DNA of 25,769 bases from IMG/VR virus record IMGVR_UViG_3300024187_000023, positions 1 through 25,769 of that record, one strand, 5' to 3'. Below, in pieces: positions 25,356 to 25,769 of the stretch. This DNA is from a virus. Its lineage: Duplodnaviria > Caudoviricetes. Numbering within the stretch: the first letter of the stretch is position 1; each line of letters begins with the position of its first letter. The notes beneath the pieces were generated by a model, which was not told where the DNA came from, ran no database searches, and saw nothing but the letters and a program-made list of their open reading frames with translations. The position numbers and the translations under genes were made by a program.

Positions 25356-25549
25356 GACTTGGACGACGCACAAAAGCCGCGCTCATCGCGCTCGTGTTCC
25401 TGGCGGGCATGGTCACGGCGCGGAACGCGATGGCCGACGATCTCGACTGGCTGCGCATCGTCTGCGCACCGTGGCCGCGCAACAGCGAGATTTGGGTGCT
25501 GCTGGGATGCTCTGCGCTGCCGGATGATGTCCATTCACCGCAGGGGTAA
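25352..25549 (+). CDS. Small signal-peptide/membrane protein
   Basis: ATGA overlap; basic N-terminus, hydrophobic stretch, AMA-D possible cleavage site, two Cys. Confidence 0.6.
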   Translation: MRLGRRTKAALIALVFLAGMVTARNAMADDLDWLRIVCAPWPRNSEIWVLLGCSALPDDVHSPQG

Positions 25550-25580
25550 TGCGGTGGGCGTCTTGCATCCGATCCTCCCG

Positions 25581-25676
25581 ATGCACTCGACGATGGAGAT
25601 CGTCACGCTGATGCTGTGCGCGCTCGCGTTCGGCGCGCTGCTCGTGTTCGCGTATGACCGCGGGCGCCGCTCGTGA
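25581..25676 (+). CDS. Single-TM microprotein
   Basis: MHSTMEIVTLMLCALAFGALLVFAYDRGRRS; start uncertain. Confidence 0.45.
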   Translation: MHSTMEIVTLMLCALAFGALLVFAYDRGRRS

Positions 25677-25769
25677 CGCTCGGACCCGCCGAGATTGCCG
25701 CGATGATTACGCTCGGCTCGACCGCCGGGTCAATGCTGTTCTGGGGCACGTTGCTGCTCGGGCGGCTGC
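25673..25769 (+). CDS. Partial membrane protein, possibly start of a lysis cassette
   Basis: GTGA overlap; MTLGPAEIAAMITLGSTAGSMLFWGTLLLGRL runs off the window. Confidence 0.4.
   Translation, partial: MTLGPAEIAAMITLGSTAGSMLFWGTLLLGRL

Larger units (their letters stand above)
1..25769 (+). mobile_element. Tailed phage/prophage segment with P22-like virion module
   Basis: Co-directional, tightly coupled genes in the order terminase, portal, scaffold, coat, gp4-like, gp10-like, three ejection proteins; no tape measure gene and no host housekeeping genes visible. Confidence 0.96.

Overview
The whole window is a roughly 26 kb, GC-rich segment of a tailed phage or prophage with P22-like (podovirus) virion genes, all on the + strand. 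The order is: early/replication block (C5 DNA methyltransferase, RuvC-like resolvase, structured RNA leader, VapE-type SF3 helicase, iteron origin), a chain of zinc-finger microproteins, packaging genes (putative TerS, TerL, portal), head genes (scaffold, free-standing LAGLIDADG endonuclease, coat, decoration protein), tail genes (gp4-like, gp10-like, beta-helix, fibre and IPT/TIG proteins), three ejection proteins and small membrane ORFs. The most unusual signals are: (1) a twin-arginine-leader protein carrying a stand-alone copy of the coat insertion domain; (2) a DUF2292/YezD-like gene followed by mutually exclusive antiterminator/terminator hairpins in front of the head genes; (3) a low-GC H-Y-E ADP-ribosyltransferase cassette inside an ejection protein, bounded by in-frame 14-bp direct repeats; (4) a three-way-junction RNA whose loop pairs with the downstream ribosome-binding site; (5) a GTGTCT-hairpin-GTGTCT-hairpin-GTGTCT-RBS element. 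Family assignments come from motif recognition and synteny by eye; no database searches were run, and neither the host nor the prophage boundaries can be determined from this window.
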